64,000 nucleotides of DNA from Selaginella moellendorffii (lineage: Eukaryota; Plantae; Lycopodiophyta): contig NW_003314349.1 of NCBI RefSeq assembly GCF_000143415.4, forward strand, positions 133,172 through 197,171, written 5' to 3'. Shown in pieces: positions 1-11,475 of this stretch; positions within the stretch are counted from its first letter, which is position 1; each line of letters opens with the position of its first letter. A program made the translations under genes and the position numbers. The notes under the pieces are model-generated. The model had not been told where the DNA came from and searched no databases. It saw only the letters and a list, made by a program, of their open reading frames with translations.

Positions 1-345
1 CCGCCAGTAACGCCCTCGTGCTGGTGTCTCAAAAGAAGACCGTCAAGAAGTGCTGCCTTGCGAGAAATCAAAGCTGGAGCACTCCAGCCCCTGGCGGACC
101 GCGAGAGCTCCTCCGGTGTGGCCGCGAGAGCTCCTCTGTGGGGAGATGGACGATCATTGTTGCAAACATCCCAGCTTCCTTCTCCGTGTCCATGTGGAAC
201 TTTTGAAGTGTCCTCCAGCCTCGTGGGGCAGCAGCTTGTAGAGCTTCACGTCGAGCTCCAGAGCTCTGGGATCCAGCCCCAGAAGCTTGGGGCAGGAGAT
301 CTTATCTGGAATGCTCGCCTCGAGGAGCGTCCTCTCCGAGACCAT
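1..345 (-). pseudogene. 2OG-Fe(II) dioxygenase fragment (LYKLL..GGHF..HxDTEK..GMFAT family), frameshifted; continues off the window edge
   Basis: Minus strand reads KLYKLLPHEAGGHF, then after a frameshift near 200-205 FHMDTEKEAGMFATMIVHLPT...GHTGGALAVRQG, with a distal HEGVTG. A 15-bp direct repeat CCGCGAGAGCTCCTC (99-113, 122-136) also disrupts it. Confidence 0.6.
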
Positions 346-534
346 ATGGCGCTTGCTGGCAAACCGACTTGACCAGACCCTGCTGGCCCCTGGAAATCCA
401 CAGCTCTCTTAAACCCTAAAATGTTCTGTGCATCTTTCTTACTTTTATTCAAGAGAACCGATGTCGTTGACGTAAGCGTTATAAAATAAAAAGACTAAAA
501 TAATACTCCTGCTTCTTGGGTTTAAAATTTGGGG

Positions 535-730
535 GGGTTGGGTTGTGCCAGGCTAAGGCGGTAGTGTAAGGCCAAAGCGACACGTGGAGAGCCGGGTAGC
601 AAGCTACCGGTGGCCCTCCTCCCACAAAAAATTAGGTTAATAGCGTTGGGACACGTGGTCCCATATCAGCTATTAAACTGATAAGAACAGATACTACACT
701 TGATCTTAGCCAAAAGGCCGAGAAAGGTAT
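535..730 (-). ncRNA. U2: U2 spliceosomal snRNA
   Basis: Reverse complement starts ATACCTTTCTCGGCCTTTTGGCTAAGATCAAGTGTAGTATCTGTTCTTATCAGTTTAATA (plant U2 5' end with the GTAGTA branch-pairing region) and has the Sm site AATTTTTTG. The 3' end is approximate. Confidence 0.97.
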
Positions 731-754
731 GAGCTTACCATGCCTAGCCCTCTC

Positions 755-802
755 TTTATATACTCAAGCCCTGGCACGATTCTGCGCCTTCGCATGTGGG
801 AT
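755..802 (-). promoter_or_regulatory. Plant snRNA promoter: USE (ATCCCACATGCG, 802-791) and TATA box (TATATAAA, 762-755)
   Basis: Close match to the plant USE consensus RTCCCACATCG at about -70 and a TATA at about -30 from the U2 start. Confidence 0.85.
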
Positions 803-1323
803 AGGGCGCACGCTTACGTGTCGCCCACGTTGAGCGCCGACGTGTCAAAAATTAGGGTACAGGTGGTTGCCATCTTATTTTCATCGTCATAAAAAATTCT
901 TGTTTTATGCTGTTTATATAGGTTTATGATTAGTAAATGAGCTTTTTCCTGGAACGCTAAGTCTCTATTTTTTGTTTTACTTTCTAATAAGTTCTTGCAA
1001 TAGGTGGTGCTTTGGTAAGCAATTGCCAAAGCTTTTCTATTGATCTTGTGTTCCAGCTTCTTTCGTGCTCTAGAATATTTGTCTTTGATTTTCTTTCTAA
1101 AGCTCAAAGCTTTGTAGGTTTTTAAATTCACTTTCTTTTTATATTTCTTCATCACGTAAACTCGGTGCGGAAGCAGTTTAGAAGAAGAAACTACTTTTCT
1201 AGAGCTGGATTCGTACTGCTGTAACTTCGATCTTCCTCCTGGCGAAACAAGACATCTGAAATGAAAAATGCGGTGAACGTGGAACGAACACGCGACCTTC
1301 AGATCTTCAGTCTGACGCAGAAC

Positions 1324-1449
1324 CTTATAACGATGATACTGATCCACTGCAACATCTCCAGTTGTTCCATCCATTACTTTTCCGGGAGTGTGAGCATAAA
1401 CGTCCCAGATGCTTGGGCCCCTTGCACCTTCTTTAACAGCGCCTTCATA
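1324..1449 (-). pseudogene. Isolated glycoside hydrolase family 1 (beta-glucosidase) exon
   Basis: [42 protein letters not shown] between a TTGCAG acceptor and a GT donor; I recognised no other GH1 exon nearby. Confidence 0.8.
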
Positions 1450-1575
1450 CTGCAACATAAACGTTGCTTGAAGAATGACGAAAAGCTCTAAGCTCCACCT
1501 GGTATGACGCGGACGATGTTCCAGCTTGAAGCAGCGCATTCTGGAAAGGGTCCAGTCCGAGGCAGTGACGCTATC

Positions 1576-1845
1576 CCACTCATAAGATGCATTCACTTGA
1601 GCGTAGTCATCCAAGCCCACGATCCGGTCGATCTCGGACTTTGGTGCACGAGTCATGAAGCCACCGTTTACAGAGCTTCCTCCCCCAAGGATTCTTGCTC
1701 TTGCATTTGGTACCAGATCTGTGGTAAAAAATCCTTGAGAATGAGCTTGATCGAAAATGCTCAATGCAGAATTCTCTTCTCTCACGAACACGGCATTTCC
1801 ATACCTCTTTCCAGGAGCAGGACTTTGGAGTTTTGCGACAGAGAT
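1576..1845 (-). pseudogene. GMC oxidoreductase (HOTHEAD/mandelonitrile lyase-like) fragment
   Basis: [13 protein letters not shown], then after a frameshift ...[21 protein letters not shown]...VNASYEW; truncated at both ends. Confidence 0.8.
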
Positions 1846-2252
1846 GTATAATATTTTTACTATTCCTATCTCTGTGCGGATCCTCTGGCAGGTTTCAGCA
1901 TCCCTTTAGCTTTCGCATGCCATCAGTGCCGCAGATGGGAGATTCTAGCTCCTTCACCAAAAAGCCAATGCAAAAAAACTCCGAGGCTTCTAAACACCAG
2001 CACGAGATAGGCGCAGCACTTCCACAAGCAAAATTTGCCACTCTGCACAAGAACAAGGCTGGTTATAATAGACGATATAGTAAGATACAATGTTTATATA
2101 GTTCCTCAAGAAGCATAAGATTGACACATTTAAATGAAAGATTACTTTCTAGCTTGCTGGAATCATGCTTCCCAGAGAAACAAATACAGTTGAGAGCTGT
2201 CATTAAACATTTGCTAGAGTAATACTATTAAAGTTATTAGGGCTGTTTTATA

Positions 2253-4077
2253 ATGGGCTTGGTTCATATAAGCGAGGAGAAGAGAAAGGCGGTTGTGGAT
2301 CTCGGCAATGTGGAGCTCCAGCGAGTCGCCTCCATCCTCCAGTCCGTGGTAAGCAAGCTTGGCGACGACAGCCCCGTGGAGCTCGCCAGGCTATGGTCGC
2401 TCGGCGCTAAATGCCACAAGCCCACGCTCACTGTGAATGTTGTCACGCCATCCGCCGCCGCCCTCAAGCAGCGCTTGGCGATCCAGCGCCAGAACTTGGA
2501 ACCCAATCTCTCCATCGCCCCCGCCTTGCAACCCATCCCTCCACCACCGCCTCCTCCATCAGCTTCTTCATCTTTGTTCTTCACCACCACCACCAACAGT
2601 GCTACCGACGCTCCATCGCCATCGCCCCCTCTTGCAGTGGCAAGCCGAGGATTCGGCCAGTCTCTCGAGGAAGCCTTCGCCGGGCTGGGCCGGCTCAAAG
2701 ATCCCGAGAAGGAGAATCAAAATGCGGTATCTCCAGTGCTGGAAGCTCCTCAAGTTGGCGGTGGTCTCCAAGAGAATGAGGTAAGCAAACTTCCCTCTTG
2801 GTTCTCGCTAAGTTCTGCTATGATCTTCCATGGCAGCCCAAGCTGGAAGGCTCTTGCTTTGGAGCTTGCAAGCTTCGCAGGCTGTCCGTGGAGATGAGTC
2901 CCTGGAAAGGATGCCTCGCGACTCCATCGTCCGAGCACAATAACTCGGCCATCTCGGCGCTTCTCTACTGTCCGGTGCTCGAGGCCTTCTCGGGGGACTG
3001 GGAGCAGAAAGGCTGGCTCTTCTCAGCGTCACACAACCTTCTCAATCTCTGGGTGTGCTCTCGAAAGCCAGTCGGCCACCCTCTCGAGGTAGCCACACTT
3101 CAGAAGCTCGACGTTTGCAAACTCTTTATGATCTCGTTCTTGCCAGCTGATGCATTCGCAAAACACTGCCACCGTCGTGGATGCCATGGACGTCGACATG
3201 GGTGTCAAGGTGATCATGTCCGTGGGCTCTCCTCGGCCGGGAAGGCCCTTTCGGGTTGCTCTCCACAGCCTCCAGACGAAGAACTTATTCGAGCCTCTGG
3301 TAATTTCCGTGCTTGTGTCCTCCTTCCAGAATCACGTCGTGGTGCTCGCAGGGAACGATCCAAATCCCGGAGAGAACTTCTCCCGAGTTCCTCAAGCAGA
3401 TCTACGCCGGGTCCTCGAGAATGGTTCACGTCTCGTCCCTCCAGCCTTTCAAAGGACCTCTCAAGACAGCTCTAGCTGTTGGTCTCGGGGGAGATGTCCT
3501 GGTCTACGAGCTGGCCGCCGCGTCGACAGTGGAGGCCATCGTCGCTCCAAGAGCTTCGTGGAGAGCTCACGACACCGCCATCTCGTGCATGCATCCCAGC
3601 GCGTTTTGCTGCAGCATCATCACCGGTGCCTGCGATGGATCGATCAAGCTCTGGGACCTGAGAAGCAAGCCCACGCTTCCCTCCCGCCAGTGTGGACACC
3701 AGAAGCAAGTAACCGGCCTTGCAGTGCTCGACGCCACCACCCTTTGCAGCTCCGGCACCGACGGCTCCATCCACTTCTGGGACTTGCGCTCGACCAACCG
3801 AGCTTTCGCCAGCGTCATTCCGGACGGGAAGCCGGTGCTCAACATGGCGTCGGCGTCGTCGTCGCCGAGCTTGATCGCCTTCACGACGCGGCAGAGCCTC
3901 TACTGCCTCGAGTTTTGCGGGCCGCAGGGGATGACCACCATGCTCTCGCCGCTACGGCCTCTCCCTCCGGCGGGGCCTTGCACGGCGGTCAAGTGGAACA
4001 CCAACAGCAAGCACGTCTACGCCGCTGGCGTCGATGGAACCATCAGCGTCTTCAAGAATGCGTCGTCCTCGTCTTGA
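2253..4077 (+). CDS. WD40-repeat protein with Pro/Thr-rich N-terminal region (about 4 exons)
   Basis: WD repeats AHDTAISCM...ITGACDGSIKLWDLR and GHQKQVTGL...SSGTDGSIHFWDLR. Frame-restoring introns 2781-2836 and 3089-3146, plus one from 3300 whose acceptor (3399 or 3444) is uncertain. Confidence 0.8.
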
Positions 4078-4464
4078 AGAAGATCAAGGCTTTCGAGACC
4101 GCGTTGGCCGATCGTTTTAAGTTCGTCTTCTTTCAAAGCTCTTGCCACGCGTAGTATCATCTCATGTCATGAGAATGGAGACGAAGAATCAGCTCTCTAT
4201 CAATTCATACTTGACGAAGGTGGCGAACCCAGCACGGCGACTTTGGTTTTTAAATCTCTTTTCTAGTCTCGCGAGCAAAGGAGATGCATCGAAGGGAGAT
4301 TCCCGAAGAGAGGAATACACTGAAAGTGGTGAAGATGAGAAGGTGTATTCGCAAATGATTGTGTCACTCTCCTTGTAGCACTCTTGTTTTACTGAGGAGG
4401 AGCAATAGAGGACACACCGAGGATTCCCACAGCTCAAAGAAATACCAGTGAGGTTTTTGGACAC

Positions 4465-4655
4465 ACCATGCTGGCAATTCTTATGCGAAGAGCCGGAGCG
4501 TGGTCTTCAAGTCTTTGAAAGGATCTGGCAACCCGGTCTCCTGGACTGCATCGTTTGTGATTCCTGTGGTGAAAGTGAGGCTGTGCTCAAGACGGTTGAA
4601 AGAAGAACGAGGAAGTAACGAGGTGGACTCGGTGACATATGTTGCAGCTCTTAGG
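4465..4655 (+). pseudogene. Possible degraded PPR fragment
   Basis: NPVSWTA and DSVTYVAALR resemble PLS-class PPR motifs; heavily broken. Confidence 0.3.
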
Positions 4656-4709
4656 GTGAAGATTATAGTTGCTGATCCAAAAGAGCTTATAGTGATGAGA
4701 AGTTTTTAA

Positions 4710-6420
4710 AAGTCACCATTAAGGATTATATTGAATGAGATGATTTTATGGTTGCTTTTCACTTACCTTTGAGTTTTTTTTGTTATTCTACTTAAAGTAA
4801 AGTATTTACATTAATTTTTTATTTTTCTTATAAATTACACTAAATACTTATTAATATTAGGAACAAAAATTTGTACTTTATATTTTAGTTATATGATATA
4901 GATATAAAAAATAATTTATATATTAATATAAAAACTTTTAACACCAAAACCTATGTTAGGAATGTTTTTTTAGAAAATAATAACTTTATTTAGTTTTATT
5001 TTGAGTAATATAAATTAATTATATTTTCTATGGTCAGTTTTGTCCATAATGACTTTTTTATTATTTATATGCGGTATAAATCATTATTTGAGTTGCATCT
5101 TTATCTCAATAAATAATATACTCAAAGCTAAATACAAAATTGAGATCATTTGCATAAGTTTAATGAGGATTTAGATTTATTTATTAATTATTTTAATTTT
5201 TGCAATCAGTAAGTTTCAATTTAATATATAAGATTTAATTATCACTACTAAGTTTTTTGTTATGTTTAAGTATTTTTTATCATTCTTTTTATTTTGAACA
5301 ATTTGAAAAATTATAAATAAAAATAATCAATTTAGTTTTTAAAAATCTTAATTTACTAATCAAAGAGTGTTATATACATTTTAATCCAAAATATTAAAAA
5401 GTGAGTAAAATTAAAAAATGAAATGAATTTTGATTTAAAAAGTCTTACATCCAACCTATTTAATTTATATATTCGGACATACATGTCCAAAAAAATAGTT
5501 TGAGCTTGGAAATCTTGGACCTTGAATTCATCTATAGCACTACTAAAATGAAAAGAGTTTGCTATTGTTTAATGAATATATTTACAAATTTATAATTTAA
5601 TATAATTATATTAAATATATATTTTAAATAAAACTAAAATATAAATATAATATAATAAAATTTATACATATAAAGTGAGGTTTTTAGAGATATTTTAAAT
5701 TTTATGAGTTAAAATTGATATAACTAAGCAATGTCTATAATAAATTTATCAATTATAAAGACTTTATTTATAACATGCTTTTGAACTTCTTAATTAATTT
5801 ATTAATATAGATATAATAAAAACCAGCTAAATATTTGAACTAAATTTATTTAATTTCACTTGAATGTCATTTTTCCTTGGATCAAGTTTTGGGATTGAGC
5901 ATTGCTGAGGGTAATACTTTGTAAAAAACTTTATTGGAATGATATCTTAAAAAAAACTAAAATTTTACTTGGCAGTTGATAAGATAGAAAAATAGAATAA
6001 ACATAAAATATTTAGCTTTAATGGGTTTATAGCAATTATCTTTTATAGATTAATAATATTTGTAAAAGGATATAATATTAAAAATATTTATTTTATATAT
6101 TTAGCACAATATAATTAATAAATTTATTTAAATTAATAATAAAATTTATTAACTAAATATCACCAAGATCAGTGTAAAAGAGTTGAAAGGACATATAATA
6201 GAATTAAGAAGAAAAATTGAAAGAATGTAAGCTGATAAAAATAAACATATTATTATATGATATTATAAAATATAGTTGGAAAGTGTTCATCAAAAGTTTT
6301 ATAACAATATAAAATCTTTAAAAACCAAAGTACAATAAATAATTTTTTAATTTTTTTTCATAATTTGCATGGTAAAGTTTTAGCTCTTTGTTTGCAACAT
6401 TACATACAAAAGTTTTACAT
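4710..6420. other. Extremely AT-rich island, probably a decayed insertion or gene
   Basis: Abrupt compositional shift and no ORF of 60 aa or more in the track; contains at least one splice-bounded exon-like segment (5562-5449, minus). Confidence 0.7.
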
Positions 6421-6477
6421 TTATACATTGTCTATGCCTCTGACTTCGACAAGAAAATAACCAGAAAAGCTGTAAAC

Positions 6478-9400
6478 TTAGGAGCACTTTGTGCCACTGC
6501 AGCCAGCTTCTTGCAAACGAACTAGAGAAAAATACGTACCAGACATCGACATTAGTTCCTCATGTGTTCCCTGCTCAACCACAGCTCCACTGTGCATTAC
6601 CGAGATGCAATCGCAGTTCCTCACCGTAGAGAGCCTGTGAGCGATCACGAGCGTCGTTCTTCCGGCCATTGTCTTCAGCGCATCCTGAACGAGGTGCTCC
6701 GACTCTAGATCCAAAGCACTGGTGGCTTCGTCCAGCAGTAAAATCTGTGGGCTCTTCAAGACCGCTCGAGCTATTGCAATTCGCTGCTTCTGACCGCCAG
6801 AGAGACGGATTCCCTTCCGGCCAGAATGTGTCTTATACCCCTCAGGGAGTGTACTGCAACCAAAGCAATCTTAGTGACTCACAAACAAGAAAGGAAAAAG
6901 CTTCTGCCAACCTGATGAAATTGTGTGCATTAGCAATGCGACTGGCTTGGATTACTTCCGCTTCGGTGCATTCGCTTTCACGTCCATAAGCGATGTTTTC
7001 ATGTATGGTTGCCGAAAACAAGCATGGCTCCTGGCTCACCAGACCGATCTGTCTCCTCAGCGAGTAAAGTTCAAGCTCTTTGATGTCCTTCCCATCGATT
7101 TTCACCACGCCGCTTAGAGGGTCGTAGAACCTCTCGATGAGCGCGACGACTGTGGATTTCCCCGAGCCACTGTGACCAACCAGTGCCATAGAAGTACCAC
7201 CTGGAACGTGTAGATTCAAGCCTCTCAGAACTACAACGTCCGGCCTTGTTGGATAAGCGAAGAACACGTTGCATGCGTCGATCTCTCCCGCAACTTTCCC
7301 CGGAGGAGTAGCTTCTGGATCGTTCGCATTTATCTTTCCCTCCTGACAAAGGATCCCAAATACCGAATCAATGCTGGCAGCACCTTTGGCGAGGTCGGGC
7401 GTCAGGCCAAGTGCCTCTGCCACCACACGTCCCGTGCTCAGGAACACGAAAAATATCTTGAAGACGTCCTGATAGCTGATCTTTCTCTTGCTGACAAGCA
7501 CGCCCGCATACCAGAACTGAAGGCCCCATGATGCGTACAAAACGAAGTGTGCCACTCCCAGGCCCAATCCAGCAGTATGAGACCGCTTCTTCAGATCTGT
7601 AACCGACGCATCTAGCCTGGATTGGAGCATTGCCAGAACTCTGCCTTGAGAACAAAAAGCTGTGATTGTCCTGTGCTGACTTATCGCTTCGCAAGCTAAC
7701 TGGCTTGCCTCGGTGTGTGCCTTTGCAGACTTGTGCGTAAAGCCTTTCAGACATACCAGTTTGATGTAGTAGCAGAAGACGAACAGAGGTTGAGTCCCGA
7801 TCATGAGTATTCCCAGCCTCCAGTTAAGAACCAGTCCGATGGTGAAACTCACAATTACTGCGCTACCCGTCTGAACGAGGAGTGAGATACGGTCGGTGAT
7901 AAGAGCTCGAATCTGTAAGCACAAAAACGGCGATATGACATGCCACCCTGTGTAGATAAGAGATTCCTTAGTTACATATCCACGGAAAACACGAAGACTT
8001 ACCACGTTTGCGTCGTAGGACAAGCGTGTACAAACTGCACTGCTGCTGTTTTCATCCCTGTCGAACCATCCAACGTCGAACTTCAGGATCGCCGCCAGCA
8101 TCGCCTCACGCAGCCTCTTTGACAAATGCTCGCCAACAGCTGCCAGGTTACAGTGCTGCTCGAGGTTCACGAGAAAGGACGCAGCCATCATCGCAGGAAA
8201 GATGACGCAGTAGAGGTTGATCCGTTTCCGCATCTCTTCGTGATCGTTCAGGTAGTATACGGAAACCATGCATCCCAGCAAAAAGGCGTACATTGGATGC
8301 ACAACGCCAAAACCAAGAGCACCGGCGAGTCCCAACACTCCCTGCTTCCATTCCGGTGTTGCTAAACTCAAAAGCTGGAAGGACCATTGCCTGATCCGCC
8401 TTGAGCGATAAAGAACTGAATCTTGATCATTCTGGGCTGCGGTAACTGGTGCTGAATGTGATGACTGTGCATTCTCAGGACTTGCATGCACCGCATCTTC
8501 TCCGCCTAGCAGAGCACTGTGAGGCGTTTCCAAAGAAACAAGAGCCCTGTACGCCTTCCCCACTGCCATTAACTCTTCGTGTCTTCCAGTCTCTACTATC
8601 CTTCCCGACTCTAAAACAGCAACTGCATCTGCGTTCCGGATCGTAGAAATCCTGTGCGCGACTATAAGCGTCGTGCGTCCAAGCCTTGCCTTCTCTAAAG
8701 CAGCCAGAACTGCTGTTTCTGACTTCATGTCTAAAGCACTGGTAGGCTCATCCAGCAGAAGGATACGTGGTTCCTTTATTATCGCCCTGGCTAAGGCAAT
8801 TCTTTGCTTTTCACCTCCGGACATTTTTAGTCCTTGTTCGCCAACCTGTGTAGGAGATGAGAACAGTTTGTGATCTCAAAACTGACAGCTTACCAGAGTG
8901 TCGTAGCCTTCGAGAAGCCTAACAATAAAACTATGTGCATTTGCTGCGTGAGCAGCTCTGTAGACCTCGTCATCGCTGGCATCTTCCTTTCCGTATAATA
9001 TGTTTTCCCTTATTGTTGTCGCAAACAACGCGGGCTCTTGGCTCACAAGACCAATCTGGTGCCGATACCAATTGAGGTCAAGCTCCTTAATGTCTACTCC
9101 ATCAAAAAGAATTCTACCAGCTGAAGGATCGTAAAACCGTTCCAGCAGAGAAATAACAGTAGATTTTCACGGAGCCACTTCTGCCAACTAAAGCGGTGGT
9201 TTTACCTGCATTTGACGCTCATGAGAGAACGCAAAACCTCAAGAGTCAGAGTTACCAGCGGGTATGTCCAGTGTGAAACTGGTAAGAACGGGTGTGTCAG
9301 CTCTCGTCTGATAGCCGTATACCACTTCCTCCAGCCTGATGTGCCCTTGAACAGATTGCATTGTTTTCCCGTCAGATTTATCGACGTCGATAGGTGGAAT

Positions 9401-10703
9401 CCGCCTAATGATGTGAAACATTCTCCACGCCGCCATGCGTCCTTCAACAAAAACGCCAAGATTGGACATGGCAAAACCAAGAGCTCTGCATCACAAAAAC
9501 CAAAGTTCTCATTTGTTCCAAACGTAAAAGAGAAGAAGTACCTTCCTCCGTTAAGCAGAGCCAAACCGGTAGTGATAATCTCAGCACCATTAGCTTCGCC
9601 GTGCATGACAAGCACACTTCCAAACCAAGCCATGAAGGCCCATAAAACGAAGCTGATACCGTTGGAACCGAGTACCAGCCCCTTGACAAGTCCCTGCTTT
9701 AAACCAGATGCAACGGTTTTCTCGAGTGCAAGAGAATAAGCTCGAAGGGACTTGGTCTCCGCGACAAGTGAGTACACAGTACGAATGCACGCGATCGTTT
9801 GCTCCGCGATGTTCCCTGCTTTACTGTACGTGGCCTGCTTCTCATTCTCAAACTTCAAGATGGCGCTCCCGTAAAACACCCCTGGCAGAATGAGCAGCGG
9901 CGTGAAAGGCAGTATAGCGATTGCCAGCTTCCAAGACTGCGTAAATCCAACCAAATATCCTCCCACAAACTGGACAACGTTCCGGATGAAGTTGCCAGTC
10001 TATATACACCTTCTCAGCAAACATCAATATCCGAAAGCGACACAAACAATATATGAAAGACAACGTTACCTTCTCGCTAATTGCCTCTTGCACCAGGAGC
10101 GTATCGTCCGATACGCAGTTGACAATGTAAGTTGCTGAAAGCTCGTTGTCAAGAAAAGAAACGTTCTGGCGGAGCACAGATCTGAGATACAGTGCTCTCA
10201 GCCTCGACGCTTGCCTCTCGCCAGTAAACATCCAGCAGCTTACTTCTGTCTTAACCACACGAGATAAAAACACATTTAAGCAAGCCCACTAAGTTGTTCT
10301 TCTATTCCTTTTTTCTTTAGTCTATGGATAAGATACTTACCAATGTATGATGCGATCCACGCAACAATGGCGATATAAACAAAAAGAAGAGCGTCCTGCA
10401 GCAAAACAACCAATCCACAATCCAAGATCCAGTCACCAAAACCGGTGGAGTCAAAGGAGAAAAAGCGAGCGCACTACTTAGAACAGGGAGAAAACCGCGC
10501 ACCTGGGAGATCTTCGTGCTCATCGCGCCGTCCTGTGGCAAAGTACCAAAGTTGTCGATCATGTGGCCGCGAATGATGAGCATCGCAGGGAAAGTGAGGC
10601 CATTGACGACGGCGCCGAGCGTGCCAGCCGCAATCAGCACAAAATCTTTGGCATCCGCGAACCGGAACAGCGAAATGTAGGACACCGACCGCTCCGGCCC
10701 CAT
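6478..10703 (-). CDS. ABCB: Full-size ABCB/MDR (P-glycoprotein) transporter; one +1 frameshift in NBD1 Walker A (pseudogene or sequence error)
   Basis: TMD-NBD-TMD-NBD layout: [70 protein letters not shown] introns join all exons in frame except at about 9169, where GTGAAAA (7 nt) occupies the two GK codons. Confidence 0.93.
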
Positions 10704-11475
10704 CGCCCTCTCTTGCAAACCCTAAGCCAAAATGGCGCCATTTACGCTATAAACCCTAACTTTTAAAAAACCATCGCTATCAGATCGGGTGTTCGATTCC
10801 AGCCCAGAACACTGTTTAGGCAGGGGAGTCGAGCCGCGGACCTGAGCACCACGTCATCACCGTGTCTCTCAGTATAACTAGCGTGTAACTACTGCATGAA
10901 CCGACAATGGTCAAATTCTTCTCTTTTTTTTCCACTTCTTCGTTTTTTCTCTCCAATCGCGAAGCTTTTTTACTGCTACTTAGCTTGGAGAGGGAGTAGC
11001 GATCGATAACTCACATATAAACACCTAAATAAGAACTAGTGAAAGAGGGAAAGAAAAGGAGAGAGCTCTTAGAAGTAGCGAGCTCTTTCCCTGGATTCTA
11101 GATTTTAGATTCCATCCACAGGGGGCTTTAGTGGCGGGGCGAGCGAGTCACTTGGATAGATCTGCGCGGCTGCCCACATTTCTTTTTTGCTCTTCCTCTT
11201 CTTCGTCTTCTCGCTTTTGATTTTCTTCTGGGAAGAATCTCGCCTTTGTCCTCGTCGCAAGCAATCTAGCGCACTCGCAGCAGTATCGCGGCTCGCAAAA
11301 GGGACCCATTCGATTGCTGGAGCAAGGATTCGCATCGATTCCCAGTTCTAAGCTATTTATCCTTTGTGGGTGGGAGGCATCCAGGATCTTCGGGCTTGCA
11401 AGCCAAGGCTCTAGAGTTTCCCTTCAAAAGGACCGACATTGGGAGCTCCCGAGAGAGGATTGGATTGGAGTCTCG

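Noticed and set aside
814-1791. 325-aa ORF as one real protein
   Set aside because: It strings together a GMC fragment, a GH1 exon with its intron flanks and a Lys-rich tail that reflects T-rich opposite-strand sequence; it does not start at ATG.
10775-10865. Box C/D snoRNA on the minus strand (GTGATGA ... CTGA, about 80 nt)
   Set aside because: No terminal stem and no rRNA-complementary guide that I could place next to box D. The C-like box overlaps a CCACGTCA bZIP motif in the ABCB promoter, a simpler explanation. A snoscan/Infernal run would settle it.
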